A DNA stretch of 64,000 nt from Magnetococcales bacterium DC0425bin3 (GCA_002753665.1 PEAP01000005.1:10159-74158), one strand, 5' to 3'; positions 1 to 9,542 are shown, numbered from the stretch's first letter. Notes: generated by a model from the sequence alone, not told the origin. Translations and numbers: made by a program.

Positions 1-597
1 CGGAATTTCATCGACCGGATTCTGCTGGAGGCAGTGCAGCGCGGCAAGGGCGGCATCCTCATCTGGCAGCCGGCATCCGTGCCCCGGGCCCGGGACCGCG
101 GCCTGCTCAACCGCGGCTTCCGGGTCGGGGCCACCACCGAGGCGGTGCCCCTGCTGGCCCGCTATGCCGCCCTGGAGCGGCGTCTGGAACAGGCCGATAC
201 CGGCGGCCGGGCCAAACGGGTGCGCTTCGCCGATCTGATCACCTGTCGGCGCGAAGTGATGGAAATGGCCGAACTGCTGGCCCAGCTGACCTGCGTCGAT
301 GGCGCGTTGATCCTCTCCGACCGCTTCCAGGTCCATTCCTTCGGCTCCATGCTCACCGCGCCGCCCTGGCTGGGGGATGTGGTGTCCTGGTCCGAGGACC
401 AGTTGTTCCCCTCCCGGCGCATGGACCTGGGCAAACGCGGCGCCCGCCACAACAGCGCGGTCAACTTCGTCGGTGCCATGCCAGGAACCGTGGCCTTCGT
501 CATCAGCCAGGATGGCCCGGTGGCCGGATTGGCCCGCAAGGACGACCGCACCATCTACTGGTGGCCGGACTGCCTGAGCGGCCTGACCGAGCGTTGA
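1..597 (+). CDS. DisA-N/DAC-fold-like domain protein; 5' end lies outside the window
   Basis: The frame is open from base 1 (the track start at 34 is an internal GTG) to the stop at 595-597. The C-terminal half (DGALILSD..GKRGARHNSAVNF..VAFVISQDGPVAG) resembles the DGA / G.RH.A / VS..G pattern of DisA_N-type domains. This is by-eye similarity only. Confidence 0.4.
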   Translation, partial: RNFIDRILLEAVQRGKGGILIWQPASVPRARDRGLLNRGFRVGATTEAVPLLARYAALERRLEQADTGGRAKRVRFADLITCRREVMEMAELLAQLTCVDGALILSDRFQVHSFGSMLTAPPWLGDVVSWSEDQLFPSRRMDLGKRGARHNSAVNFVGAMPGTVAFVISQDGPVAGLARKDDRTIYWWPDCLSGLTER

Positions 598-625
598 CCG
601 GCCGGTCGCAGCCGGTGATCCCGAA

Positions 626-1681
626 TCACTCCGCCCCCTCGAAGGTGATGCGCGGATCCACCAGAACATAGGTCAAATCCGTCACGATCCGGGTCAGCAG
701 CCCCAGCAGGGTGAAGAAGTAGAGGGTCGCCATCACCACCGGATAGTCCCGGTTCATCACCGAGTCGAACCCCAGCAGTCCCAGCCCGTCCAGGTTGAAG
801 ATGGTCTCGATCAGCAGGCTGCCGCTGAAGAAGGCCGCCACGAAGGAGCCGGGAAAACCGGTGATCAGCGGGATCATGGCATTGCGGAACACATGGCCGT
901 AGAGGACGCTCCGTTCCTCCAGGCCCTTGGCCCGGGCGGTGATGACGTACTGCCGGGACATCTCCTCCAGGAAGCTGTTCTTGGTCAGCATGGTCATCAC
1001 CGCGAAGCTGCCCAGCACCGAGGCGGTGAGGGGCAGGGCCATGTGCCAGAGATAGTCGGCGATGCGCGCCGGCCAGGCCAGGCTCTCCCAATCGTCGGAC
1101 ACCAGGTTTCGGATCGGAAAGAGATCCCAGAAACTGCCACCTCCAAAGAGGACCACCAGCAGGATGCCCAGCACGAAGCCGGGGATGGAATAGCCGACCA
1201 GAACGATGGTGGAAGTGACGGTGTCGAAGCGGCTGCCGTGGCGCACCGCCTTGCGGATGCCCAGGGGGATGGAGATCAGGTAGGTCAGCAGGAAGGTCCA
1301 CAGCCCCAGGGAGATGGATACCGGCAGTTTCTCGATGACCAGATCGACCACCTGCTTGTCGTGATAATAGGACGCGCCGAAGTCGAAGCGGGCGTAGTTC
1401 CACAGCATGCGGACGAAGCGCTCCAGGGGCGGTTTGTCGAAGCCGTAGAGTTTTTCCAGGGCCTGGATCTGTTCCGGATCCAGGCCGTTGGCGCCCCGAT
1501 AGGCGGGTCCGGAGCCCGATCCTCCGCCGCCCACCTCGCCGTCCGGATGGTGTTTCATCTGGGAGATCAGCCGCTCCACCGGGCCGCCGGGGACGAATTG
1601 CACCACGAGGAAGGTCAGGCCCATGATGCCGATCAGGGTCGGGATCATCAGCAGCAGGCGGCGCAGCAGATAGGCGGCCAT
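626..1681 (-). CDS. ABC transporter permease, YejB/OppB-like (peptide/microcin-C type)
   Basis: 351 aa. The N-terminus MAAYLLRRLLLMIPTLIGIMGLTFLVVQFVPGGPVE is typical of OppB/DppB/YejB permeases. It is multi-TM and sits 12 nt downstream of the binding-protein gene. Confidence 0.85.
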   Translation of the reverse strand: MAAYLLRRLLLMIPTLIGIMGLTFLVVQFVPGGPVERLISQMKHHPDGEVGGGGSGSGPAYRGANGLDPEQIQALEKLYGFDKPPLERFVRMLWNYARFDFGASYYHDKQVVDLVIEKLPVSISLGLWTFLLTYLISIPLGIRKAVRHGSRFDTVTSTIVLVGYSIPGFVLGILLVVLFGGGSFWDLFPIRNLVSDDWESLAWPARIADYLWHMALPLTASVLGSFAVMTMLTKNSFLEEMSRQYVITARAKGLEERSVLYGHVFRNAMIPLITGFPGSFVAAFFSGSLLIETIFNLDGLGLLGFDSVMNRDYPVVMATLYFFTLLGLLTRIVTDLTYVLVDPRITFEGAE

Positions 1682-1693
1682 GGACGGGATCTC

Positions 1694-3472
1694 TCAGCGG
1701 TCCTTGACCCACCAGGCGAACAGCCAATCCTCGGGGCTGTAGTACAGGGGCGGGGTGACTGGATGCTCGAAGCGGTTCCAGTAGGCCACCCGGTGGTAGG
1801 GGATGTGGAAGTGGGGGACCAGGTAATGGCCGGCGCGCAGCACCCGATCCAAGGCCCGGCAGGCGGTGAGCAGGGCCGGCCGGTCGCTGACGTAGATGAG
1901 TCGATCCACCAGGGCGTCCACCACCGGGTCCTTCAGGCCCATCAGGTTGCGGCTGCCCGGAATGTCGGCGCTGACGGAATGCCAGGAGTCGCGCTGTTCG
2001 TTGCCCGGGCTCTGGGACTGGCCGTAGGAATGGACGATCAGGTCGAAGTCGAAGGCGTCGATGCGCCGCTGGTAGAGGGCGGGATCCACGGTGCGGTATT
2101 CCAGGCCGACGCCGATCTTCTTCAGGTTGGCCGCGTAGGGGCCCAGCACCCGTTCGAAGTCCGGGGAGACCAGCAGGGCGTCGATGCGCAGGGGGTGGCC
2201 CTTGGGATCGACCAGCAGGCCGTTGGGTCCCATGCGCCAGCCGGCTTCCTTCAGCAGGGCGACGGCCTGGCGCAGGTTGTCGCGCAGGGAGCCGGGGGCG
2301 GCGGTGGAGGGCGGTCGTGGCGCCGGTCCGAACACCGCCGGATCCAGCCGGTCCCGGAACGGCTCCAGCAGGGCCAGCTCCTCCGGGGTGGGAGCGCCGG
2401 TGGCGGCCAGCTCGGAATTGGAGAAATAACTCTCCGAACGGGTGTACTGACCATGGAACAGGTTGCTGTTGCTCCATTCGAAGTCGAAGGCCAGCCCCAA
2501 CGCCCGGCGCACCCGGATGTCCTGGAACAGCGGCCGCCGCAGGTTGAGGACGAAGCCCTGCATGCCGGCGCCGTTGCGGTGGGGCAGGGTGGTCTTGACG
2601 ATCAGGCCCCGGTCGAACTTGTCGCCCTGGTAGTCCCGGGCCCACTGTTTGGAGTTGTTGACGTGGATGAAATCGAATTCTCCGGCCTTGAAGCCCTCCA
2701 GGGCCACCACCGGGTCCTTGAAGTATTTCACCGTGACCTGGTTGAAATTGTGCAGACCGCGCCGCACCGGCAGGTCCCGGCCCCAGTAGTCCGGGTTGCG
2801 TTCGAAGGTGATGGTCTGGCCGGCCTGCACCCGGCCCACCCGGTAAGGGCCGGAGCCCAGGGGCGGGGTCAGGTCGCCCTTGGCGAAGTCGTGTTGGCCG
2901 TGGAAGGCCTTGGAGAACACCGGCAGCTCGCCGGTGATCATGGGCAGTTCGCGGTTCTTGCGGGCGAAGTGGAAGCGGATGCGGTGGGGATCGAGGATCT
3001 CGGCGCGGGCCACATCCTGCCAGTAGGAGCGGTAGAAGGGGTGGGCCTGGTCCGATTTGAGGGTGGCGAAGGAGAAGGCCACATCCGCGGCGGTCACCGG
3101 GCTGCCGTCGGCGAAGCGGGCCTGGGCATCACCTACGAACTTGATGCCCAGGCCATCCGCCGCCACCGCGATGTCCCTGGCCAGCAGTCCGTACTGGGAA
3201 AAGGGTTCGTCCTGACTCTGGACGGTCAGGGATTCGAACACCAGCCGGCCGACCAGGTCCGGGGCGCTGCCCTTGAGGGTGAAGGGGTTCATCTTGTCGA
3301 AGGCGCCGATGGCATGCAGGGTGATCCCGCCGCCGACCTTGGCCTGGGGGGAGGTGAAGGCGAAGCGTTCGAACCCCGAGGGGTATTTCAGATGGCCGTC
3401 CAGGCTCAGACCATGATCGGCCCGGGCCGGCAGGGCCAGGGACAGCAGGATCAGCAATGGCAACAGTTTCAT
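1694..3472 (-). CDS. Extracellular solute-binding protein, family 5 (YejA-like)
   Basis: 592 aa with a signal peptide (MKLLPLLILLSLALPARA). Its size and sequence are typical of YejA/OppA-family periplasmic binding proteins. It lies directly upstream of the permease. Confidence 0.85.
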   Translation of the reverse strand: MKLLPLLILLSLALPARADHGLSLDGHLKYPSGFERFAFTSPQAKVGGGITLHAIGAFDKMNPFTLKGSAPDLVGRLVFESLTVQSQDEPFSQYGLLARDIAVAADGLGIKFVGDAQARFADGSPVTAADVAFSFATLKSDQAHPFYRSYWQDVARAEILDPHRIRFHFARKNRELPMITGELPVFSKAFHGQHDFAKGDLTPPLGSGPYRVGRVQAGQTITFERNPDYWGRDLPVRRGLHNFNQVTVKYFKDPVVALEGFKAGEFDFIHVNNSKQWARDYQGDKFDRGLIVKTTLPHRNGAGMQGFVLNLRRPLFQDIRVRRALGLAFDFEWSNSNLFHGQYTRSESYFSNSELAATGAPTPEELALLEPFRDRLDPAVFGPAPRPPSTAAPGSLRDNLRQAVALLKEAGWRMGPNGLLVDPKGHPLRIDALLVSPDFERVLGPYAANLKKIGVGLEYRTVDPALYQRRIDAFDFDLIVHSYGQSQSPGNEQRDSWHSVSADIPGSRNLMGLKDPVVDALVDRLIYVSDRPALLTACRALDRVLRAGHYLVPHFHIPYHRVAYWNRFEHPVTPPLYYSPEDWLFAWWVKDR

Positions 3473-3553
3473 GGGGAACCCGTCCGACGGCAGGATGATT
3501 TTGGATGCGACGTGAAAGAGACGCGATCAATAGGCAGGGACCGGCCGGAGCAA

Positions 3554-3958
3554 TTATCCCCCATGATCATACACGGTGAAATCACGATCCATCCACACCA
3601 CATGAAATATTGCGCCGTCACGGAACCCAACCATGGGGGCCTGCCCGTGGCAGCGGAACGCGATGATGCGGACCTCCGGGGTGATGACAGGTGGAATTCC
3701 AACCCTCATTGAACTATGAGAGATAATTTCAGAGCCAAGTCCGTGGCGAGGAGCCTGTTGAATTTGTCCCCATGTCATCTTGGATAATTGGTGGAGAGTG
3801 TCGGCAAATGCAGCTTTTTCATTTTTGTTGCATTGATTCAAAGCATGCCTGGGCTGGAGATGGATCAAAGAAAAGACCGGTCTTTCCTGATTGGTCGATC
3901 CGGATGTGCTGGAAGAGGGCCTGATCCGTTGCCCTTGATTGTCGCGACTCTTGATCAT
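3554..3958 (-). CDS. Small protein downstream of the Panacea-domain gene; candidate toxin partner (possibly RelE/ParE-like fold)
   Basis: 134-aa ORF starting 9 nt after the stop of the DUF4065 gene, in a locally AT-richer segment. The C-terminal pattern RIIAFRCHGQAPMVGFRDGAIFHVVWMDRDFTVY is reminiscent of RelE/ParE-type strands. The start codon and family are not certain. Confidence 0.45.
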   Translation of the reverse strand: MIKSRDNQGQRIRPSSSTSGSTNQERPVFSLIHLQPRHALNQCNKNEKAAFADTLHQLSKMTWGQIQQAPRHGLGSEIISHSSMRVGIPPVITPEVRIIAFRCHGQAPMVGFRDGAIFHVVWMDRDFTVYDHGG

Positions 3959-3967
3959 CGCAGACAG

Positions 3968-4453
3968 TTACTGTAACTGGGTCTTGAAGTAATCCTGCAT
4001 GGCCCCGGTCGGAATGATCTCGCCAGGACCACGGGCATAGGCATCACGCCATGGAGGTTCTTCGTGGGTCATGTTGCGCAACTTCCAGGCATCGTATTGC
4101 CCGTAAACATTGTATACTTCGTTCAACAGGTTGCGTACAGGTCCTGGAAGAACATTGGACTGGACTTCCTTCGGTCGTGGAATTGGTCCGGGTCCGTATT
4201 GCTTGAAAAGGTGATAAAGTTCTTCCACAACCGGTCCGTGGGTCCAGGCCTTGATGGGGTCTTCGAAGAGCGGTGTGCCAAACACAGCCAAATGGAAGCC
4301 TTGTGCGTAGTAGACGAGCTTTTGCACTTTCAAATTTGAAATCAAATCGCCCGCCTCCTCATCGGCGAGGCAGAGGAAATGGTTGGCAACATCCAGACTG
4401 GTGATTTCCTTCTGGTCGGAGCTGATGGCGATCATGTTTGTATTTCCTTCCAT
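3968..4453 (-). CDS. Panacea/DUF4065 (SocA/GepA-like) domain protein, putative PanA antitoxin
   Basis: 161 aa. NLKVQKLVYYAQGFHLAVFGTPLFEDPIKAWTHGPVVEELY matches the conserved core of DUF4065/Panacea proteins. Confidence 0.8.
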   Translation of the reverse strand: MEGNTNMIAISSDQKEITSLDVANHFLCLADEEAGDLISNLKVQKLVYYAQGFHLAVFGTPLFEDPIKAWTHGPVVEELYHLFKQYGPGPIPRPKEVQSNVLPGPVRNLLNEVYNVYGQYDAWKLRNMTHEEPPWRDAYARGPGEIIPTGAMQDYFKTQLQ

Positions 4454-4605
4454 ATTCTCGCCAAGTGCGGGGCAAGGGAGCTGCGTCGTTGGCCCGGGTC
4501 ATCCCGGACCGGTCGAACTGGCCGATGCGAGAGGACGATCTCCCGATTACGCGATTCGACCAGCGATGAACCTACCAGAAATTCGTTGACTTTGCATCGG
4601 AAAGT

Positions 4606-4636
4606 TTACCGTGGAAGCCGGGAAGCGGCTTTCGGT
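4606..4636 (-). repeat. Bipartite palindromic repeat (BPR) copy a: hairpin module 2 only
   Basis: TTACCGTGGAAGCCGGGAAGCGGCTTTCGGT. The G/C-run module is absent. Confidence 0.7.
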
Positions 4637-4657
4637 ATTCCGCCGCGCACCGGTTGC

Positions 4658-5392
4658 CTAGCCGGCGAGCAGGGCCTTGAGAATCACCCCCAGTCCCGAC
4701 GCCCCGGCCAGCAGCAGCACCGCGCTGCGCACCCGGCCCCGGTCCAGCCAGCGGGCCAGGGGGCGGGAGAGCAGCAGGCCGGTGAGGGGAAAGGGGATCA
4801 GCCAGGCGCCTTCCCGCAGCTCGGTCCAGCCCAGCAGTCCGGCACCGTGCAACACGGTCATGGCCAGCAGACCGCCCACCGTGAAGACGACGGCCAGCAG
4901 ACCCCGCAGCAGGGGACCGGGCAGGTCCTGGAACAGCAGGGCCAGGGGCGGGCCGCCCATGGTGGTGGTGATGCTCATGAAGCCGGAGAGGAAGCCGGCG
5001 GGCAGCAGGGTGATGGGGCGGGGGCGGATCGTCCAGCCGCCCAGGGACAGGGCCACGGCCACCAGCACCGCGCCGCCGAACAGGAAGGCGGTCTCCCGGG
5101 GCGGCAGGACCGCCAGGGCCGTGGCCCCCAACAGGAAGCCGGGCAGCAGGCCGGCCAGCAGCCAGGCCAGAATGGGCCAATGGTGCAGCCCCTGCCAGTC
5201 CCGGGTGGCCTGGGCCACGTTGGCGGAGAACGCGGCCACCATCAGGGCGCCGGGCACCAGATCGGGACGCAGCAACATGGTCACCGGCGCCGCCACCAGC
5301 GCCGCCCCGAACCCCACCGCCCCCTGCACCAGGGAGCCGAGGATCAGGAACAGGGCCACCGTCAGCCAGGCCGGATCGGCAGGAATTCCCAT
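4658..5392 (-). CDS. TauE/SafE family sulfite-exporter-like membrane protein
   Basis: 244 aa and polytopic. The N-terminal LILGSLVQGAVGFGAALVAAP motif is typical of the TauE/SafE family. Confidence 0.75.
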   Translation of the reverse strand: MGIPADPAWLTVALFLILGSLVQGAVGFGAALVAAPVTMLLRPDLVPGALMVAAFSANVAQATRDWQGLHHWPILAWLLAGLLPGFLLGATALAVLPPRETAFLFGGAVLVAVALSLGGWTIRPRPITLLPAGFLSGFMSITTTMGGPPLALLFQDLPGPLLRGLLAVVFTVGGLLAMTVLHGAGLLGWTELREGAWLIPFPLTGLLLSRPLARWLDRGRVRSAVLLLAGASGLGVILKALLAG

Positions 5393-5401
5393 GCCGCCGG
5401 C

Positions 5402-6085
5402 TCAGGCCTTGGCGCAGATCAGGATGTATTGAAAGACGAACAGATCGCGGAATTCGAAATCGCTCAGCTGACGCAGCACCATCCGCTTGTGGGTGAAATC
5501 GGCCGGATAGGCGGCGGGCTGCTGGGATTCGTAATCGGGGTGGAGATTCTCGAACACATCCAGCAGCCGGAATCCGGCCCCCTGGAACAGGGCGACCATC
5601 TCGCGGATGGTGAAGAACCGCAGATGGGTGCGGTCCAGGATGCCCTGGTCGGCATAGGTCCAGCCACCCTCGACCAGGTGGTTGAGCAGGCCGAAATAGC
5701 GCACGTTGGGGATGGAGGCGATGATCCGGCCGTGACCCGCCAGGGCCGGGCGCAGGCGCGCCAGAGCGGCGCCGGGATCCACCAGATGCTCCAGCACGTC
5801 GGCGCAGATCATCACATCGAAGGCGCCGGGGGCGAAGGGCAGGGGCATGGAGGCGACATCCCCCTGATGGACGGCATCGAGCCGGTCCCGGGCCAGACGG
5901 GCGGCCTCCGGGTTGATTTCCAGCCCTTCCACCCGGGGCACGCCCCGCTCCTTGAGCGCCCGGCCCAGGTTGCCGGCGCCGCAGCCCACGTCCAGCACCC
6001 GCTGGGCCCCGGGCGGCACATGCACCATGACCTCCGGCCGGTCGCCCTGATAATAATCCCCCACTGTCCGGTCTTGCGGGTTCAT
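5402..6085 (-). CDS. Class I SAM-dependent methyltransferase
   Basis: 227 aa. Motif I is VLDVGCGAGNLGRAL, followed by the acidic post-I residue and DVMICADVLEHL. Confidence 0.8.
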   Translation of the reverse strand: MNPQDRTVGDYYQGDRPEVMVHVPPGAQRVLDVGCGAGNLGRALKERGVPRVEGLEINPEAARLARDRLDAVHQGDVASMPLPFAPGAFDVMICADVLEHLVDPGAALARLRPALAGHGRIIASIPNVRYFGLLNHLVEGGWTYADQGILDRTHLRFFTIREMVALFQGAGFRLLDVFENLHPDYESQQPAAYPADFTHKRMVLRQLSDFEFRDLFVFQYILICAKA

Positions 6086-6100
6086 GGCCGGCCTCCGCGC

Positions 6101-6415
6101 TCAATGATCCAAAGGCAGGGCCACCCCATGGCCCAGGGTCACATGTTTGTCCCGGGTGGCCTGCTCCCGCCGCTCCCGCCAGTGGGCGGCCTGGGCGCGC
6201 AGTTCGGCCAACGCCGCCGTCAGGGCCTCCCGCTGCGGGCCGGCGGGGATCTGGCGCAGGTGCCCCTTGATGGCCTCGCCCTGCTCCCGCAGGCGGCGCA
6301 ACTGCGCCAGGGCCTCCAGCTCGGCGGCGGTGAGGGCATCCCGGCTGCTGCAGAAGCCGCCCTTGATCTGCACCGATCCGGCCTCCAGGATCGGAATGGC
6401 GATGGGCTTGGGCAT
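6101..6415 (-). CDS. Hypothetical small helical protein, translationally coupled to ppiD
   Basis: 104-aa ORF. Its ATG overlaps the ppiD stop (TAATG). No motif was recognised. Confidence 0.45.
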   Translation of the reverse strand: MPKPIAIPILEAGSVQIKGGFCSSRDALTAAELEALAQLRRLREQGEAIKGHLRQIPAGPQREALTAALAELRAQAAHWRERREQATRDKHVTLGHGVALPLDH

Positions 6416-8328
6416 TACAGCCGGTCCAGGCGTTCCCGATCGATGTCGATCTTCATGGTGTTGCGCAGGGCGGCCAGATACAGCATGTAGCGCTCCTGGC
6501 CCAGCAGGTCCTCCAGCTGCCGGGTCAGCGCGGCGCGCTGTTGTTCGAGGCCGTCGGCCTCCGGATGGCGGATGCCTTGCAGTCGCACCAGCACCAGCCG
6601 CTGCCCTTCCTGGATGACGCTGGGAAAGATCGGCGCCTCCATGGACAACTGGAATGCCGCCCGCCGGATCTCCTCCGGGGGAGCGCCGGCTCCCGCCTCG
6701 GCCAGGGTGAAGGGTTTGACAGGATCTTCCTGGAGCGCCAGCCCGATGCTCTGGCCGGCGTCGGGTCCCCAGGCCTGTTTGCCGGTGCGGACCGCGGTCA
6801 GCACCTTTTGCAGGCCGGCCAGGGCCAGTTCCCCGGCCTTGCGCTGCCGGTAGGCCTCTTCCACCTTGGCCCGGGCTTCGGCCAGGGTCTGGAGCCGGGG
6901 TTCCCGGCGGTCGGTCACCCGCAGGGCGGCGAAGCGGTTGCCTTCCAGTTCCAGCAGACCGCTCAGGGCGCCCTTGCCGGTGTCGAAGGCCGCTTCCAGG
7001 AATTTTTCCTGGCGTTCGATGCCTTCCAGTTTGGCGCTGCCGCGGTCCAGCCAGTCGGTTTCCCTGTAGCGCAGGTTGAGATCCTTGGCGAGGGCCTGGA
7101 GATCGGCGGCATCGAACAGCTGATCCTCCAGGGGCACCGACTGCTTGTAGACCTCCTCGGCGGCCAGTTCCTCGAACAGGACGGCGCGGATTTCCTCGGC
7201 CGCCTCGTCCAGGGGCTTCTCCCGGGCCGGCTGGATGGCTTCCACCAGAATCAGGTGGTAGCCGAAGGGGGTCTTGACCGGCTCCGAGATCACCCCCGGG
7301 GCCAGGGAGAACGCCACCTCCTCGAAGGCCGGCACCATGGCGCCCCGCCCGAAGCTGCCCAGATCCCCCCCCTCGCCGGCGGTGACATCGTCGGAGTGGC
7401 TCTTGGCCACGGCGGAGAACGAGACCCCCTCGGACAGGCGTTGCCTGGCCTCCCGGATCCGCTCCAGGGCCTGGGCCTCGGTGCGGTGGCCGGCCTCGAT
7501 GGTCACCAGGATGTGCCGCACCCGGCGCTGCTCGGGGGTCCGGTAGTGGGCGATCTGCTCCCGGTAATACTCCTCGATCCGCTCCTGGGGGATGGTCACC
7601 CGTTCCCGCACGCTGTCGCTGTCCAGCACCACATAGGCCAGCTTGACCTCCAGCGGGGTCATGAAGCCGGCGGGATTGTCCTTGAGGAACTGCTCCAGCG
7701 CGTCCTCCGTGGCCTGGATCCTGGCCTGGAGCTGGGCCGGATCCAGGGCCAGGACCGCCACGGAGCGCTTCTCGTTTTCGAGTTCGTAGAGGTCGGTCAG
7801 CAGGGCGTCGGGAATGCCGGGAGCCTGGTCCAGGGCCTGGTGCAGCTGGTCCAGGGTCAGATCGCTGGCCAGGCCGGCCTCGTAGTCCCGCGGGGTGAGG
7901 TGGCTGCTGGCCAGCAGGGTCCGGTAGCGGGTCTCGTCGAACTGTCCATCCCGATGGAAGGTCGGATCGGTGGCGATGGCCTGGGTCAGGGCCGCCGGGG
8001 ACAGGGTCAGGCCCATGTCCCGCACCGCGGTCAGCAATACATGGCGGTTGATCAGCCGGGCCATGGTCTGGTTCTTGAGTCCCAGCAGGTCGGCGGTCTT
8101 GCGATCCAGCTTGCCGCCGAACATGCTCTTCATGCGTTGCAATTCCTGGTCGTAGGTGTGGGTGAATTCCTGGATGGTGATCTCGTGGGCGCCCACCGTG
8201 GCCAGGGGGGCCCGGGTGTCGTTACCGAGATAGTCGCCGACCCCCCAGATCCCGAAGCTGAGTGCCAGCAGCACCAGCAGCGTTTTGATGATCATCGAAT
8301 TGGCGCTGCGACGCAGGACGTTGAGCAT
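6415..8328 (-). CDS. ppiD: Periplasmic chaperone / peptidyl-prolyl isomerase PpiD
   Basis: The N-terminal anchor MLNVLRRSANSMIIKTLLVLLALSFGIWGVGDY, the SurA_N-like region and a parvulin-type segment (GDLGSFGRGAMVPAFEEVAF) support the call. ATG 8328 is preferred over the track start at 8343. Confidence 0.85.
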   Translation of the reverse strand: MLNVLRRSANSMIIKTLLVLLALSFGIWGVGDYLGNDTRAPLATVGAHEITIQEFTHTYDQELQRMKSMFGGKLDRKTADLLGLKNQTMARLINRHVLLTAVRDMGLTLSPAALTQAIATDPTFHRDGQFDETRYRTLLASSHLTPRDYEAGLASDLTLDQLHQALDQAPGIPDALLTDLYELENEKRSVAVLALDPAQLQARIQATEDALEQFLKDNPAGFMTPLEVKLAYVVLDSDSVRERVTIPQERIEEYYREQIAHYRTPEQRRVRHILVTIEAGHRTEAQALERIREARQRLSEGVSFSAVAKSHSDDVTAGEGGDLGSFGRGAMVPAFEEVAFSLAPGVISEPVKTPFGYHLILVEAIQPAREKPLDEAAEEIRAVLFEELAAEEVYKQSVPLEDQLFDAADLQALAKDLNLRYRETDWLDRGSAKLEGIERQEKFLEAAFDTGKGALSGLLELEGNRFAALRVTDRREPRLQTLAEARAKVEEAYRQRKAGELALAGLQKVLTAVRTGKQAWGPDAGQSIGLALQEDPVKPFTLAEAGAGAPPEEIRRAAFQLSMEAPIFPSVIQEGQRLVLVRLQGIRHPEADGLEQQRAALTRQLEDLLGQERYMLYLAALRNTMKIDIDRERLDRL

Positions 8329-8364
8329 GGACCGAATCTCCAATCAACCGGGGAACCCGACATG

Positions 8365-8393
8365 ACCGTGGAAGCCGAGAAACGGCTTTCATC
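8365..8393 (-). repeat. BPR copy b: hairpin module 2 only
   Basis: ACCGTGGAAGCCGAGAAACGGCTTTCATC, between ppiD and ribF. Confidence 0.7.
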
Positions 8394-8546
8394 TAATATT
8401 CAGAGTCAGACCCGGGGACTGTAATCGTCCCGCCTGGCCTTTTCAACCCGCCATGCCGCGTTGACGGGCAGGCGGCCTTCGAGTAGCTTGCCCGCATCAT
8501 GGTGTTTCTCCATGGATCCTGACCAGTCGGCGACATTCCATCGTTC

Positions 8547-9503
8547 ATGGACATCATACGCGGCATCGGCAACCTGCCCCAGCGGCTGTACGGGTCGGTG
8601 ATCACCATCGGCAACTTCGATGGCATCCACCTGGGCCATCAGGCGGTGTTCCGCACCCTGCGGGGCCTGGCGGACCATCATGGCGTGCCGGCCATGGCGG
8701 TCACCTTCGAGCCCCACCCCCGCAGCCTGGTGGCCCCGGACCGGGCCGCCCCGCCGCGCATCACCGGTCTGCGGGGCAAGGCCCTGTGGATGGGGCGTTG
8801 CGGGGTGAACGCCATGCTGGTGCTGCGCTTCACCCGGGAGCTGGCCGCCCTGCCGCCTGAACGGTTCGTCCACGAGTTCCTGGTTTCGGGCCTGGGAGCG
8901 CGGGAGGTGCTGGTGGGGTTCAATTTCCGCTTCGGCGCCGGCGGCCGGGGCACGTTCACCTTGCTCCAGGAGCTGGGCAACCGGTTCGGTTTCGGGGTTC
9001 ACCGGCAGGATGCCCACCGCAGCGGCAGCCTCACCATTTCCTCCACCCGCATCCGGGAGTTCGTGGCCGCGGGGGACTTCGAATCCGCCGAACGGCTGCT
9101 GGGCCGGCCCTTCGAGATCGACAACCGCGTGGTGGGCGGCCACAAGCGCGGCCGGGGGCTCGGCTTTCCCACCGCCAATCTGTCCCTGGCCGGGCGCATC
9201 CACCCGCCGCCGGGGGTCTATGTGGTGTCGGCCCGGGTGGACGACCAACTGTTGCCCGGGGTGGCCAATCTGGGCTGCAACCCCACCTTCGGCAACGAGG
9301 GCATGCATCTGGAGGTTCACCTGCTGGCCGATTGCGGCGATCTCTACCGGCGGCATCTGCAGGTCCGGTTCCACCGCTGGCTGCGGGAGGAAATCCGCTT
9401 TTCCGGCCCCGCGGCCCTCAAGGCCCGCATCGCCCAGGATGTGGCGGAGGCCCGGGCCTATTTCGCCGATCGACTGGATGATCGGGAGTCCCTGGACGGC
9501 TGA
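8547..9503 (+). CDS. ribF: Bifunctional riboflavin kinase / FMN adenylyltransferase
   Basis: 318 aa. It has the GNFDGIHLGHQ motif and a C-terminal riboflavin-kinase region, and it lies in the conserved ribF-ileS-lspA order. Confidence 0.92.
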   Translation: MDIIRGIGNLPQRLYGSVITIGNFDGIHLGHQAVFRTLRGLADHHGVPAMAVTFEPHPRSLVAPDRAAPPRITGLRGKALWMGRCGVNAMLVLRFTRELAALPPERFVHEFLVSGLGAREVLVGFNFRFGAGGRGTFTLLQELGNRFGFGVHRQDAHRSGSLTISSTRIREFVAAGDFESAERLLGRPFEIDNRVVGGHKRGRGLGFPTANLSLAGRIHPPPGVYVVSARVDDQLLPGVANLGCNPTFGNEGMHLEVHLLADCGDLYRRHLQVRFHRWLREEIRFSGPAALKARIAQDVAEARAYFADRLDDRESLDG

Positions 9504-9504
9504 G

Positions 9505-9542
9505 CCGTGGCGGAGGGTGGAGGGAGGCGTCCCCCATCGATC
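9505..9542 (-). repeat. BPR copy c: module 1 only, hairpin module precisely missing
   Basis: CCGTGG|CGGAGGGTGGAGGGAGGCGTCCCCCATCGATC, ending 18 nt before the ileS ATG. Confidence 0.75.

Noticed and set aside
555-3712. Very long ORFs overlapping the yejA/yejB-like genes (555-2645 minus, 893-3712 plus)
   Set aside because: Their translations are low-complexity and rich in Arg/Pro/Gly/Ala/His, which is typical of off-frame or antisense reading of high-GC coding DNA. The alternative frames give clean ABC-transporter proteins.
4379-6490. 703-aa plus-strand ORF and 510-aa minus-strand ORF across the TauE/methyltransferase region
   Set aside because: The composition is low-complexity (Q/G/H/R/P runs). 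They overlap ORFs with recognisable TauE and SAM-MTase motifs, so they are GC-driven artefacts.
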